Part shown: positions 30,901 through 41,094 of the stretch, one piece after another
How the letters are laid out: every line of letters begins with the position of its first letter
Numbering within the stretch: the stretch's first letter is position 1
Origin: a virus
DNA length: 64,000 nt
Virus record (IMG/VR): IMGVR_UViG_3300021961_000019
Strand: one strand, 5' to 3'
Program-made: the position numbers and the translations under genes
Notes under the pieces: model-generated
Seen by the model: the letters and a program-made list of their open reading frames with translations, nothing else
What the model was told of the DNA's origin: nothing
Databases searched by the model: none

Positions 30901-33900
30901 TGATGATGAGTATGCGAGTTTGTTGAGAACAGCGCCGGTATTTGCAACATAAATTACTGTTGTCCCAAGACCAACGGGATGATTGATCGTTGTTACCAAC
31001 TCATATTCAGAACTTGCTCTATATCCCCCACCAGTATTTCCGATGGATAGACTTGAAATTGTTCCAAGTCCGGAAACAGTCGCAGTTGCGCCAGCAGAAA
31101 TGCGAGGTTGATATCCAAGACCCTCTACTGTAGCAACAGAAACTATTACACCACCTCTTGGTAATTGTGTTGAATTTACATCATAACTTGTTGCTGTAGT
31201 ATCACCAGTAAAGGTAATTGTTGTAATTCCAGAAACTTCAGATAGAGAATAGTCAATATTCTGCGGACTCTGGAAAACGCTATTGATCAATACAATTGCA
31301 TTACTGGTAGAAATTCCAGTAACATCAACTCTATTGCTTTGGAGATTGAATTGGCTAGAGATTCCATTAAATTGCTGGTTAAGTGAATCAAATACAACGT
31401 TGGTCGCATAAGGTTCTTCAGTTCCACCAGGAATACCAGATCTCAAGAAAGATCTACCACTAAAGGAAGAGCGAACATCATATCCAAAATAATCTTGCTC
31501 ATCAGATCTTAATCCAGTAAGATCTACGTTTCCATATGGCGGTGTTGCAAAGTAAATGCTATTATTACTAATATTGTAATTACCATAAACCTTTCTAATA
31601 ATCGATGTTGCTGTGTGTAGACCAGCAGTTGAACCCAATTGTGACCTTCTAACAAGAAGATCGCTTGTGATTCCAAGATAACCAACTGCCCTAATCAGAA
31701 TGATTTCATTACCAATTTGAGCATAATCACCAGCGAAGAACGATGAAATTCCAGTAAGAGTAATAACTTCTGCTCCAAGGTTTGCTGGAACTTCAAGAGA
31801 TGATGTAATCGCTGTTGAAACTACTGGAGATTGAATCACATTATCAATTGTAATCAGACATCTACTATTCTGCTTTTTGGAAGTTAGATAGTGTTCAGTT
31901 CCAATTCCCGACGTGTTGGAAATTGTTAGATTTGTGAATGCGAGTGCATCTTGTGCGGATGCAGCAAACTGGAACGTGGAATTATCATTCTTAATAATAT
32001 AGACGGTTTCTGGAAGTTGATCAGTGGATCCAATGCCAGGAATTGTTGCTGTAACAATTCCAATTGGCAATCCACCTTCGGCATATGTGTATACAACCTC
32101 TTCACCACTTGTAAAGAAGTGATTTGGTAGGAATACTGACGAATTTGCAAGTATAGTGTCTATGGATGGATTGAATTCCTTTTGGAATAGTGGATAACCT
32201 TCATGATAAAGATCGAATGAAGTTTTTCGCGCAAGTTCAGTTCCTTGGAAAGTTCCATTTGCATCTGAAATTGATCCAACAGATCCAAGAACAATATCAT
32301 TCTCATCCACAACACTTCTTGATTCACCAAGAGCAAATTCAATTACTCTCACATCAACATTAATTCCAGATGCTGGAACAAATGTCAGTTCAGATACTGT
32401 ACTAATTCCAGCACTAATTGTTCCCAACGAACCACTTGTCTGTAATGTAGCAAACTCCAATATTTGCACATCAGTATCATCATCAGTCATCATGACTTCT
32501 GATATTTGATATTCATCATTTGTTGTGTCATGAACACAAACTAGGCAATACGCACCTTGATAGAAGTTATTGTATTGTGCAATCTTTTCTGGAACTGTTG
32601 TGGATGCAATTGATGTATAAGAAGTTTCGATGGTTGCTCCTGGGAAGAATGTCACTCCAACGCCAGTGTCCGCTGCAGAAATTGCAATAGTTTCAACATT
32701 AAAGATGAAATCTGTCGGTGTGGTTGCATCGGGAATGAACCACAGATCCAATCCACCAGCATTCAGATTCGACTGATAGGTTCCCAATCCACTATACGTT
32801 CCACCTGATGATGAGAGCGTGTTAAATTCTATTTGAGAAACATCAACATCATCATGAATAACGGACACCTCAGTATATTCAAATTCGGTAGACGCAGAGT
32901 TTCTAATCGAAATCATAAATTTCGCTGCTCTATAAGTTGATGCAATTCCAACAACTGTATTTGTTGTTCCTGCACCGGCACCAGCACTAAGTGTCGTTGT
33001 AGATGTGAATGCATTTACACAACCAAATCCAGAGAATCCTGTGGATGATACGGAATCATTCAGAGAGAATGTTAGTCCACTCATTTCATAATCATTAACT
33101 TCAGATTTGAATGGGTAGAATAGGAGTTCATTCTTTCCATCTAAGTATCTGTAATCAAAATCACCAAGATCTTCGAAACTCCAAACTTTTGCATATTGAT
33201 TGAGGAAACCTTGAGTGTTATATTGTAGAAGTGTGAGCAGCTGAACCTGTCGTTGAATCTCATAGTTTACTGATCTATCACCGACCCACATAATATACTT
33301 TTTAACCCTAACACCATCGAAGGAATCTGCAACTCCATAATTTTCAATACCAGTAGCAACTGTGAACTGGTCACTAATATCATCAATAACTAGAACTCTA
33401 TTTCCAATTGCTTCAATATAATCCTGAATAATCTTAGTCTTAAACAGAATTTGATCGGATTTTAAGGTATTGTCAATATAAAGAACGTTTTCCGTTGCGA
33501 GATCAAAATCGTAGACGGTATTTACATCAACGTAAGATGCAAGATCTGCTAGAATTGATACAGTTCCATTATCCTGTGAGGTTTGAATACCACTTACGAC
33601 ACCGGAATCCGTGGTTGATTCTACAATCAGATCACTAAATTTCTTAAATCCTGCAGTGTGGTTCAGATTGCTGACAGCATCATCCCACTTATCAATCTCA
33701 ACCTCAGATTTCAGAGAATATGAGAAATATTGGTAATAGTCACTATCATGAATTCTTTGGAGAGAATTGTTTAGGAATCCAGTATTACTGTTCCATCCCT
33801 TAGTTACAATAGAGGATGCTGCAATATTCAGATTTGAATCATATACAAATGCTTCGAGAACGTCAACTTCTAATCCAGTAACGTTAGATCTGATGGAATC

Positions 33901-36900
33901 TCCAACTTCAAAGTTCTTAGTTGACGCAATTTTTACTGTTTCATTAACAGTATCCCAATAAATTACTGTACCATCATTCTGATTTGCTGTGACGGATTCT
34001 CCCGGAGAGAATGTTCCCCTCTCAAGTTCCCAATTAAATACGGGGAATTCTTCCTCGCGAATTACCTTTCCATAAGACTCTAGAGCATTGTAGACACCGG
34101 GTGTTTCTGTTCCTGACAGATATTCTGTCAGGTTGTATGTAATCGTTGGAGAAAGACCACCAAGATCTGGATCTGTGGCGGTAATTGTAAACAGAGCATA
34201 GTTATAATTTGCTGAATTGTAACCAGTTCCTGACTGAGTGTTTACGACGTTGCCAAATCTGTCTACGGTAGTAATACCAACACTAGTATTCTCAATAAGA
34301 ATTTTATTACCAATTACAAATGGGAACTGTGAAGCAAAACTATATGTGGATGCGAGAGACACCACTACATCCTTACTCAGATCATTAAATTCGATTGTTC
34401 TGATTGAAGTGCCATTGATATTGTCAACTGGAATGATATGTGGCTCACCACGAAGTCTTGTTGTATTATTAATAATTGTTACTGTGGTTTGTCCAATTTC
34501 ATATTCCAATTCAACTTCATTCAGATATGTTCCGGTTACTGTATCCAGAACAATCAGATTTGGTGCAATTGTATAATTTCTACCAGCAGAGGAAATGCCT
34601 ATTGATTTGAAGGAATAAGCGGGATTAACTCTAAGAATATTTGGCAGAACTGTTGTTGGTCTTAATGTTGGATCTGAGGAATAATCATATCCAATATTTG
34701 AGAAGTTTACTTTCTTAAGTGTTCCAATATTTTTACCATCAACAATTAGAACAGCATTTTCACCATATGTGGTATTGACAGAGGAAACTTGTGGCAATCT
34801 CTTGTAATTTTTGCCAGAGGAATTTACCTTAACCTTGGCAATAGAACCAATTCCAGTTGTAGAATTTGTTGTATAGTAAAGAGCAGAACTTGTGGAAGTG
34901 TATGTATCAATCTCTGGAGTGTTTCTGATTTGGAAATCGAAGGACGATCCCAAAGTATCTTTAACAATATGCTTTCCACTATAAACACTTGACACCAGAG
35001 AAATTGCATTGTGACCAGCAACTTCATTGTCGATAGTTACGGGAACCGTTGTGAGTGTATTCTCTGTAAGGTTGACTGGGGAGAGATTGTAATATAGTGT
35101 GTTGGGAACATTATCATTTAGTGTGAGAGTTGCTTTTGCACCAGCATCTACACCAATAGCACCACTCTTTGAAACTTCAAATACTGGAGATTCTTGTGTT
35201 GAAACAAATGCATTAAATAATTGATTATCAATGTATAGGTCAAAATCGAAAGCACTCAAGTTGGATAGACCAAGCACATAAGATAGGGATGCATCAGACA
35301 GATCAAATTCAACAACACTATTTCTAGTGAGAGTGAGTGGTGGGTTGATTGGAGAAAGTGTTCCAATATCGGCAGAACTAATAACTACTGCATTATTGTT
35401 CAGCGCATCATAACGACTTGTTGCCAGTTTAATTTTGTTATTGTTGACTACAATTAGGTAATAAATTGTATCATCAACCAATCCACCTGGGGATGATGTT
35501 GAGTTGAAGATTACTTTCTGCGCAGTTACAAATCCATGATTCTGAATTTGAATTTCATTTGTGACTATGTTAACATCCAAAGCGACAAAATCAACAGGAT
35601 TTGCTACTAATCTATTGTGAGTTGCGTTATACTTGATTGTAACTGTGGTGGTAATTCCCGATACAACAGATAGATTGATTGCATCTCCATATTTCAGTCC
35701 ATGAGTTTCGCCTGTAGATACAGTAACTGTACGTTTTGTTGCACTTCCAATGAGTGGGTTTGCATAGTTCTTTGTGAAACTATGGTATACATCTGTGCCG
35801 AAACCGGTGAAATACATTAGACCGGCACTTGGAGTTAAACCAAGACCGACGAAAGTTCCTGTTGATCCTAAACCAACTCTTACTGTTGCAATACCAATGA
35901 TGTCATTTGTGATTTTTGCAGCATAAACTTTCGTATCACTTGCTAGAGTATATGTGCTGATGCCAGCATCTACGGACACAGTAATACCTTCACCAGCATT
36001 TGAGGTGTAAATCAATTCATCTCCTGTGCGGATATCGTGCCCAGGAATATAAATTGATCTGATGGGAATTGTTAATTGTGTGACACCAACACCTGGACTT
36101 GAGAAATATAGTGTTGAGTTGATCCCAACAGTCCCCAATCCAACGGATTCTGATGGATCAAAATAGTATTCTCTATCTAATTTTGTTGCATAAGATGTTG
36201 TGATGCCAAAAGTTACACCAAACTTTTGTGATTTTTCTGTGAGGGCAAATCCAACTGGGAGACTTGTTATTCCAGAAGTTCCATTCTGATCACGAAGAAC
36301 TCTAATTCTTTGCGCTACTGGATCCACATTCAGTATTTTGACTTGCTCGGGACCAAATTGATAGATATCGTTTTCTCTAACGGTTGGATATGTTAATTTA
36401 CCAACAACGTTTAGATAGGTCACTGGACCAGAGGTTGTTGATGCTGTGGAAACGGAAGATAGGAATAGGCGATTCTCTTCAAATCTAATATTATCAAATG
36501 TTGTTCTTTCGCCATCAATATCAATCTGAACCTCATCAAGATTTGTCAGATTGTGAATTTCACTAGCGAAACCAACGTAACGATACGGAACATTACCTGT
36601 TGATCTAATGAATTGGATGTTAGATATGGTTGTTGCTGCCAAACTTACTTGAGATACGGTCTTACCATATACAAGTTCAACCTCAGCATCTACTCCATTA
36701 CCACCACTTCCACTTTCATCAAATACAAGTTCATCCTTAACGGAATAATTTGATCCGCCATTTAGAACCTTAATTGCTTCAACACTTCCAGATCCAATAT
36801 ATTCCACCTTGCCGAAGGAAGACCTGAAGATTTCTGGCGGTGGTAAGAATTCGTAGATACTATTCTCACTTAGAAGATTGAATGGGGTTGAATTTCTCAG

Positions 36901-39900
36901 CAGACGATTTGATGAGAAATCATATAAATCTTGATTGTTTGTTGTGAGGAAATTAAATGCAATTGGTTTGGAATGATAAGTATCTCCAATTACATATGGG
37001 AATTGTGGTTCTCTATAAAACTTAAATGGACCAGAGTTTGCAAGAGATCCAACGGTGCAGAAATATGCATACGTTCCGTTTGGATATTCTGGGGTAATGC
37101 AGAATCTTCCATTATGCTCATCAAGATCTCCACTTGCATCATAGACATAATCCTGAACAAAGAAACCAGATGGATATTGTGGGGGTCTATTTGAGTTTGC
37201 TTGAATTGTATAACTGGACAACATTCTCTTAATATCCCCAGGAGTTTGGGGATCTGAGTAACCATATGGACCATAAATTGGATTTCCATCGTATGCCCAT
37301 CCCAAAATTGGAGAGTGGGAAGTTGGAGTTCTTTCAAATCCATTATCTTCAAATGTCAGATCTGGAACATATGATAATTGGCCAGATATGCGCAATTCAC
37401 TCAATACAGTTCTTCTTAATAGTCTTGGCGCATATGCGTGGCAATACTGCAGACCAATTTCAGCATTCAATCCCTGGTCAATAATTCCATCATCATCAGT
37501 AATATTATTCTTTTCGATCAATCTTCTAACAATATTGATAGTCCATGGAGTGATCTGTGCCTGGAATTTCGCACCTTCTCCAGAAGTTGTGACTACAATA
37601 AAAGTATCATTAATACTATATCCGCCACCATTTTCGTTAATGATGACATCAACTATTTGTCCATTCTGAATAATAGGTGTAAGTAAAGCACCAGAACCAG
37701 AACCGGAAACAACGGTTAGTAGTGGATTTGTATTATAATTTTTACCTTTGTTTGCAATAATAACATCAACAACTCTTCCATTAGAAATGATTGGAGTAAT
37801 TTGTGCATTTTCTCCAGATACAATATTGAATTCTGGTTGGCGATTGTGATTTATAATATCAGCTGATCCATATCCAGATCCATTATTTGTTAGATGGACG
37901 CCATAAACTTGCCCTGAGAAGATTGGAATCAATTTGGCGTTAAAATCTTGTCCAGATTCTGTAGATACACCAATTCTACCTCTCACCGTTAGGGTAATTG
38001 GTTCATAATTAAAGTCATGATTTCCTGACCCAATTGAAGTTAGGTCAACATATTGCTTTGAAATATAGTAGAAATCTTTCGCAGTATTTCCAACACCAAT
38101 TTCAGATAGTCTGATATTATCCTCATCAACCACAGTTACATAGTAACTGGAACCAGATACCAATCCCCCGATTGGAGTTGTGGATGGATAGTATGAAATT
38201 TTTTCACCACTATTATAATTGTGTGCCTTGATGTTGATAATATTTCCATTAATATCAATATTGCTGGGAGCACATCTGGTTAATCTATTTCTATAACCAG
38301 ATCCCGGTTCTTCAATTGTTACTGAACCAATTTTAGTCTTCTTTATAGTGGATTTGAATGTCTGTACTCCATATCCGTAAGAACCCAGGGAAATTGTATT
38401 AATTCCTGTGGATGCATCTGATAATGACTTGTGGAGGCGAATTTTCTTTCCAACATGACCAGATGGGAATGAAACAAAATATGATGCATTCGTAGTCAAT
38501 CCACTAATGATTTGTTGATTTTGTGGATTGTAAATTACCTGTTCATAATTTCTAAATCCATGATATGTTGAAAAACCAATAGTATTTTCAGTAAGATCAA
38601 CTCCAGATGTTGAACCTGCATCGAAATTAACAACATGATTAAAATCAACTAAGTTTGCAACAGCTCTAGCATTTCCATTAATCTCTGATCCACCACCACT
38701 AATTTCAATAATTGGTTGCTCAACGAAGTCAAATCCAGGATTTTCAACATCGATTCTTACCAATTTTCCAGAAATTGATAGATTTCCTGTTGCAGCAATA
38801 CCTGTTGAATCACTAATGATGAGTGATGGCGGATTGATAACATCATATCCATCGCCACCAGCAGTTACAACAACATCCTCAATTGGACCATAATATACAA
38901 AATTTCTAGATTTATAGTTCAACAACTCAACGCCGTTGATGAACATACCAATTTGACCTGGCAGAGTCTTATTCTCTACACTATCAGATTCGGGTGCTGT
39001 GAGTTTTCTAACTAGTCTTTGAGATTCAATTGGTTGCCTTGATAGATTTCTGAAAGAAAATGCTGTCAATTCTACTGTACTTTCATATCCTGGATTGATT
39101 GTTCCAGAGAATGAAACATAAAATGAATCATCACCAGTTAAGTCAGCATTAAAAATATTGTCCCTCGACTTAGCAAGACGAATAGATGTGGATGAAATTA
39201 CCTTTACGAAGTAAATTCCTTCGGGAGCGACCGCATTATCTTCATCAAATGGTCTGTAAATTACGGAATCGCCAGTATAAAATGAGTGGGGTGTTGGGAA
39301 AACAAGATCTTTTCCGTTAAATGTGCCCGAAAATGAAACAGAACGATCCTCAAGATCTAATTGTTGGTCAAGATATGATGGAATTGAACTGGATGTTACA
39401 TATAATTCATTCTTATTGATTTCATCACAGTAAATATTTTGAACATTTGTTACATACTTGAGAATATCTGGATATTTTTCTGGCTGCCTTACATAAGTTT
39501 TGAGTAGATTATTTTGAATTGATTTGATTAAATTCTTATTTGGGATCAGACTATTCTGTGTTACTTGAATGGTCTTTGGTCCAACAACGGAGGAGACGTA
39601 TCCCCCAGTAAATGTATCACCATTTGTGGCAATAAATGTTACTCTATTACCAATCACGAAAGAATGTTCATCAATAGTAGTAACTGTATAGATGAATGAT
39701 GTTCCGGATGGATCTGAAATGCTGGAGATATTATAAACTAATGGAATATTGAAGATCCAATCGTTCGCTTTTTTGGAAGTTAGATCTTCACCAAGACTCT
39801 TAATATAAATTCTATCATTAGGAGTTAATTCTTCTGGTTGATCCCCAGTAACAACAAGATCCGAGATTACCCCATTTACTCTAACTTCAATCCTTTCTCT

Positions 39901-41091
39901 CTCTACACCACCAAAACCATATACATAAATTTCCTTTCCACCGACAGCATGAAGCTTCACTTCAGTTGCAGTTGGAATTATGTCATCAATTCCAGTACAA
40001 CCAAAGAATTGTGTGGTGGATTTTGATGTATAAGTGATGTATTGAGTTGCCCCATTTTCAAGATCAACTCTCAATTGTCCAGATTCTGGGAACCCAATTG
40101 TACTGTCAACCTCAATTGTTTCTGCTGCGGCAGCAATATCAATAATATTCTTGGTCTTGGGATGAATTGAAAATGTACCAGCAACCGTACCGCTGGATAC
40201 GTTAATATCTCTGTTATAATCTGAGTCTAAACTGATAATGTAGAGTTCTTTATTTTCACGTAAAATTCTTTCTACATGAGTTACTGCACCACTTGCTTGG
40301 AAGATGAAGTCATTTTCATCTTGAAAAATTGTTGAATTCAGCAGTTTTTCAGGATCTCCAGTAATAGCTTCTACTACAAGATCCTTAGTAATGCGATATT
40401 CTGCATCGGATGGTTCAATTAGAAAGTCCCTAGGGCGGATCAGTTCAACTTTCTTCCCATACAACGCATTAAAAAGAATCTTGAAAGATACTTCAGTACC
40501 TTTTGATGAATAAAAATCCTTAATATGTGATAGGAAAATTTCCTCATTCAGATTATCTGTCAGTTCCCTCTTTCTAAATCCGGGAGCAATTAGGGATTTG
40601 ATCTTGAATAAAAACTGTTGAAGGAATAAGATGCTAAGATTTTTAACTTCAGATCCGGAGATGTGTGTAGACGCAACGGTTTCTGAGAATACCAATTCGT
40701 CGGGAACGTTTGACTCTAGGGATGAAACTCCACTAAATCCGCGAGTGCATCCATAAAAATAGTTACTTTCCTTTCCATCATATAGGATGATCTCGTCATC
40801 AATCTGAATTAGACCATGGCGAAGAGGGAATCCATATGTGGAGTCAACATAGATCGTATCATCAGATGCACTCACACTTGAAGTGGTTGTTGTGCCCTCA
40901 GTTAGATTTGTTACAGCATCAAGCGATACATGTCTATCAATATTATGGAGGATGTCTAGTGGTCCCCCAGCATATTCATTAGAGATGTAGTATTGAGATA
41001 GAAATTCCTCAGCAACTGGGAATTCTTGTTTGATGAAGTCAGGAAGTTGACTTTCAAGGATAGAACTTATCTTAACTCTTGTATCGTTCAT
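27988..41091 (-). CDS. g7: Baseplate wedge initiator gp7-like giant structural protein
   Basis: 4367 aa between g6 and g8. QLPDFI..EFP..FL.QYY N-terminus, IKDFYSSKGT, YHYH-associated HSPILGWAYDGNPIYGPYG, RIHDSDYYQYFSYSLKS. Confidence 0.88.
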   Translation of the reverse strand: MNDTRVKISSILESQLPDFIKQEFPVAEEFLSQYYISNEYAGGPLDILHNIDRHVSLDAVTNLTEGTTTTSSVSASDDTIYVDSTYGFPLRHGLIQIDDEIILYDGKESNYFYGCTRGFSGVSSLESNVPDELVFSETVASTHISGSEVKNLSILFLQQFLFKIKSLIAPGFRKRELTDNLNEEIFLSHIKDFYSSKGTEVSFKILFNALYGKKVELIRPRDFLIEPSDAEYRITKDLVVEAITGDPEKLLNSTIFQDENDFIFQASGAVTHVERILRENKELYIISLDSDYNRDINVSSGTVAGTFSIHPKTKNIIDIAAAAETIEVDSTIGFPESGQLRVDLENGATQYITYTSKSTTQFFGCTGIDDIIPTATEVKLHAVGGKEIYVYGFGGVERERIEVRVNGVISDLVVTGDQPEELTPNDRIYIKSLGEDLTSKKANDWIFNIPLVYNISSISDPSGTSFIYTVTTIDEHSFVIGNRVTFIATNGDTFTGGYVSSVVGPKTIQVTQNSLIPNKNLIKSIQNNLLKTYVRQPEKYPDILKYVTNVQNIYCDEINKNELYVTSSSIPSYLDQQLDLEDRSVSFSGTFNGKDLVFPTPHSFYTGDSVIYRPFDEDNAVAPEGIYFVKVISSTSIRLAKSRDNIFNADLTGDDSFYVSFSGTINPGYESTVELTAFSFRNLSRQPIESQRLVRKLTAPESDSVENKTLPGQIGMFINGVELLNYKSRNFVYYGPIEDVVVTAGGDGYDVINPPSLIISDSTGIAATGNLSISGKLVRIDVENPGFDFVEQPIIEISGGGSEINGNARAVANLVDFNHVVNFDAGSTSGVDLTENTIGFSTYHGFRNYEQVIYNPQNQQIISGLTTNASYFVSFPSGHVGKKIRLHKSLSDASTGINTISLGSYGYGVQTFKSTIKKTKIGSVTIEEPGSGYRNRLTRCAPSNIDINGNIINIKAHNYNSGEKISYYPSTTPIGGLVSGSSYYVTVVDEDNIRLSEIGVGNTAKDFYYISKQYVDLTSIGSGNHDFNYEPITLTVRGRIGVSTESGQDFNAKLIPIFSGQVYGVHLTNNGSGYGSADIINHNRQPEFNIVSGENAQITPIISNGRVVDVIIANKGKNYNTNPLLTVVSGSGSGALLTPIIQNGQIVDVIINENGGGYSINDTFIVVTTSGEGAKFQAQITPWTINIVRRLIEKNNITDDDGIIDQGLNAEIGLQYCHAYAPRLLRRTVLSELRISGQLSYVPDLTFEDNGFERTPTSHSPILGWAYDGNPIYGPYGYSDPQTPGDIKRMLSSYTIQANSNRPPQYPSGFFVQDYVYDASGDLDEHNGRFCITPEYPNGTYAYFCTVGSLANSGPFKFYREPQFPYVIGDTYHSKPIAFNFLTTNNQDLYDFSSNRLLRNSTPFNLLSENSIYEFLPPPEIFRSSFGKVEYIGSGSVEAIKVLNGGSNYSVKDELVFDESGSGGNGVDAEVELVYGKTVSQVSLAATTISNIQFIRSTGNVPYRYVGFASEIHNLTNLDEVQIDIDGERTTFDNIRFEENRLFLSSVSTASTTSGPVTYLNVVGKLTYPTVRENDIYQFGPEQVKILNVDPVAQRIRVLRDQNGTSGITSLPVGFALTEKSQKFGVTFGITTSYATKLDREYYFDPSESVGLGTVGINSTLYFSSPGVGVTQLTIPIRSIYIPGHDIRTGDELIYTSNAGEGITVSVDAGISTYTLASDTKVYAAKITNDIIGIATVRVGLGSTGTFVGLGLTPSAGLMYFTGFGTDVYHSFTKNYANPLIGSATKRTVTVSTGETHGLKYGDAINLSVVSGITTTVTIKYNATHNRLVANPVDFVALDVNIVTNEIQIQNHGFVTAQKVIFNSTSSPGGLVDDTIYYLIVVNNNKIKLATSRYDALNNNAVVISSADIGTLSPINPPLTLTRNSVVEFDLSDASLSYVLGLSNLSAFDFDLYIDNQLFNAFVSTQESPVFEVSKSGAIGVDAGAKATLTLNDNVPNTLYYNLSPVNLTENTLTTVPVTIDNEVAGHNAISLVSSVYSGKHIVKDTLGSSFDFQIRNTPEIDTYTSTSSALYYTTNSTTGIGSIAKVKVNSSGKNYKRLPQVSSVNTTYGENAVLIVDGKNIGTLKKVNFSNIGYDYSSDPTLRPTTVLPNILRVNPAYSFKSIGISSAGRNYTIAPNLIVLDTVTGTYLNEVELEYEIGQTTVTIINNTTRLRGEPHIIPVDNINGTSIRTIEFNDLSKDVVVSLASTYSFASQFPFVIGNKILIENTSVGITTVDRFGNVVNTQSGTGYNSANYNYALFTITATDPDLGGLSPTITYNLTEYLSGTETPGVYNALESYGKVIREEEFPVFNWELERGTFSPGESVTANQNDGTVIYWDTVNETVKIASTKNFEVGDSIRSNVTGLEVDVLEAFVYDSNLNIAASSIVTKGWNSNTGFLNNSLQRIHDSDYYQYFSYSLKSEVEIDKWDDAVSNLNHTAGFKKFSDLIVESTTDSGVVSGIQTSQDNGTVSILADLASYVDVNTVYDFDLATENVLYIDNTLKSDQILFKTKIIQDYIEAIGNRVLVIDDISDQFTVATGIENYGVADSFDGVRVKKYIMWVGDRSVNYEIQRQVQLLTLLQYNTQGFLNQYAKVWSFEDLGDFDYRYLDGKNELLFYPFKSEVNDYEMSGLTFSLNDSVSSTGFSGFGCVNAFTSTTTLSAGAGAGTTNTVVGIASTYRAAKFMISIRNSASTEFEYTEVSVIHDDVDVSQIEFNTLSSSGGTYSGLGTYQSNLNAGGLDLWFIPDATTPTDFIFNVETIAISAADTGVGVTFFPGATIETSYTSIASTTVPEKIAQYNNFYQGAYCLVCVHDTTNDEYQISEVMMTDDDTDVQILEFATLQTSGSLGTISAGISTVSELTFVPASGINVDVRVIEFALGESRSVVDENDIVLGSVGSISDANGTFQGTELARKTSFDLYHEGYPLFQKEFNPSIDTILANSSVFLPNHFFTSGEEVVYTYAEGGLPIGIVTATIPGIGSTDQLPETVYIIKNDNSTFQFAASAQDALAFTNLTISNTSGIGTEHYLTSKKQNSRCLITIDNVIQSPVVSTAITSSLEVPANLGAEVITLTGISSFFAGDYAQIGNEIILIRAVGYLGITSDLLVRRSQLGSTAGLHTATSIIRKVYGNYNISNNSIYFATPPYGNVDLTGLRSDEQDYFGYDVRSSFSGRSFLRSGIPGGTEEPYATNVVFDSLNQQFNGISSQFNLQSNRVDVTGISTSNAIVLINSVFQSPQNIDYSLSEVSGITTITFTGDTTATSYDVNSTQLPRGGVIVSVATVEGLGYQPRISAGATATVSGLGTISSLSIGNTGGGYRASSEYELVTTINHPVGLGTTVIYVANTGAVLNKLAYSSSNTISVGSALTDVSIVSVGDTFVTVGSGDVPAIAIESGSTAHINLNNPTAGIVNIGVAQTNIGNYEFIGFTTIVAGRISTDYVITNPGSGYTNTNEPLVIFDAPLHYSNIPLQYSASSPTTGIGTEATIDIVVGQGSSVISFEIKNFGYAYGNEEVLTVPIGGLTGIPTDTSYSFSEFQITVEAIASDEFAGWSIGDLQVLDSIDSLFNNVDVNFPLSINGERTSIRSRTGSDVREDALLLVFLNNVLQVPGDAYTFDGGSTIRFSTAPRFGDNCSIIFYRGTSEIDTIDVEVLDSIKVGDKVILNDGNIIYQEETRLVTDIVSTDAVTTNIYFGAGINPDETYERPLNWTRQTVDLILNGEEVGKDRELYEANIFPTTRIIKDVSIASTEIFVDNVKTFFDHDKEYPAVLQENQHDVLIHEHKYVVAAAGTCTISSGIGSVTNITITNGGVGYDNDQSPEISVGISAGIGTEDRATATVGVTTSGTIASTFITNAGIGYSNSPIESLVVLDSGTGWPNTGLAYTFSNVRLRNKFSDGSNALANVTILNGSLLDVEIVRGGYNYHEDDQLVVKVVNYEGADLILSSALTLEVSGVLAPPIIFEEPSINKELMSVSYEGDFGIISGIGTTSYTGVTTGLVFDFVIPENSFLRDTYVNGVVGVATTGISGIQTGYYFVLHESNIGDTIISLESDDSPLGIGTTFINNIFKAEAVSIAQTEAVGLGLTWVAKVTTKVSNYDDFLSGIAHSTYYGQYSWGRLFNLDRVLKKNIGAYRGENLLTYSEFESGWTNTGGVTLDYTSQLAPFSQTYGAEITTTAADTGLLNSTAVLASGTDYTYSVYIKPDLGTLAIYFGSTTGTTASVSVNFDAVIPTITNKTGTTFNETLVPQSDGWYRASFTFNAGASTAHNFVVYNENSNNCIFAVWGVQVESGVDLTPYSKVTHTAVVRNTTTTDENTYPVLRRYNNLRFKGYE

Positions 41092-41094
41092 TTT

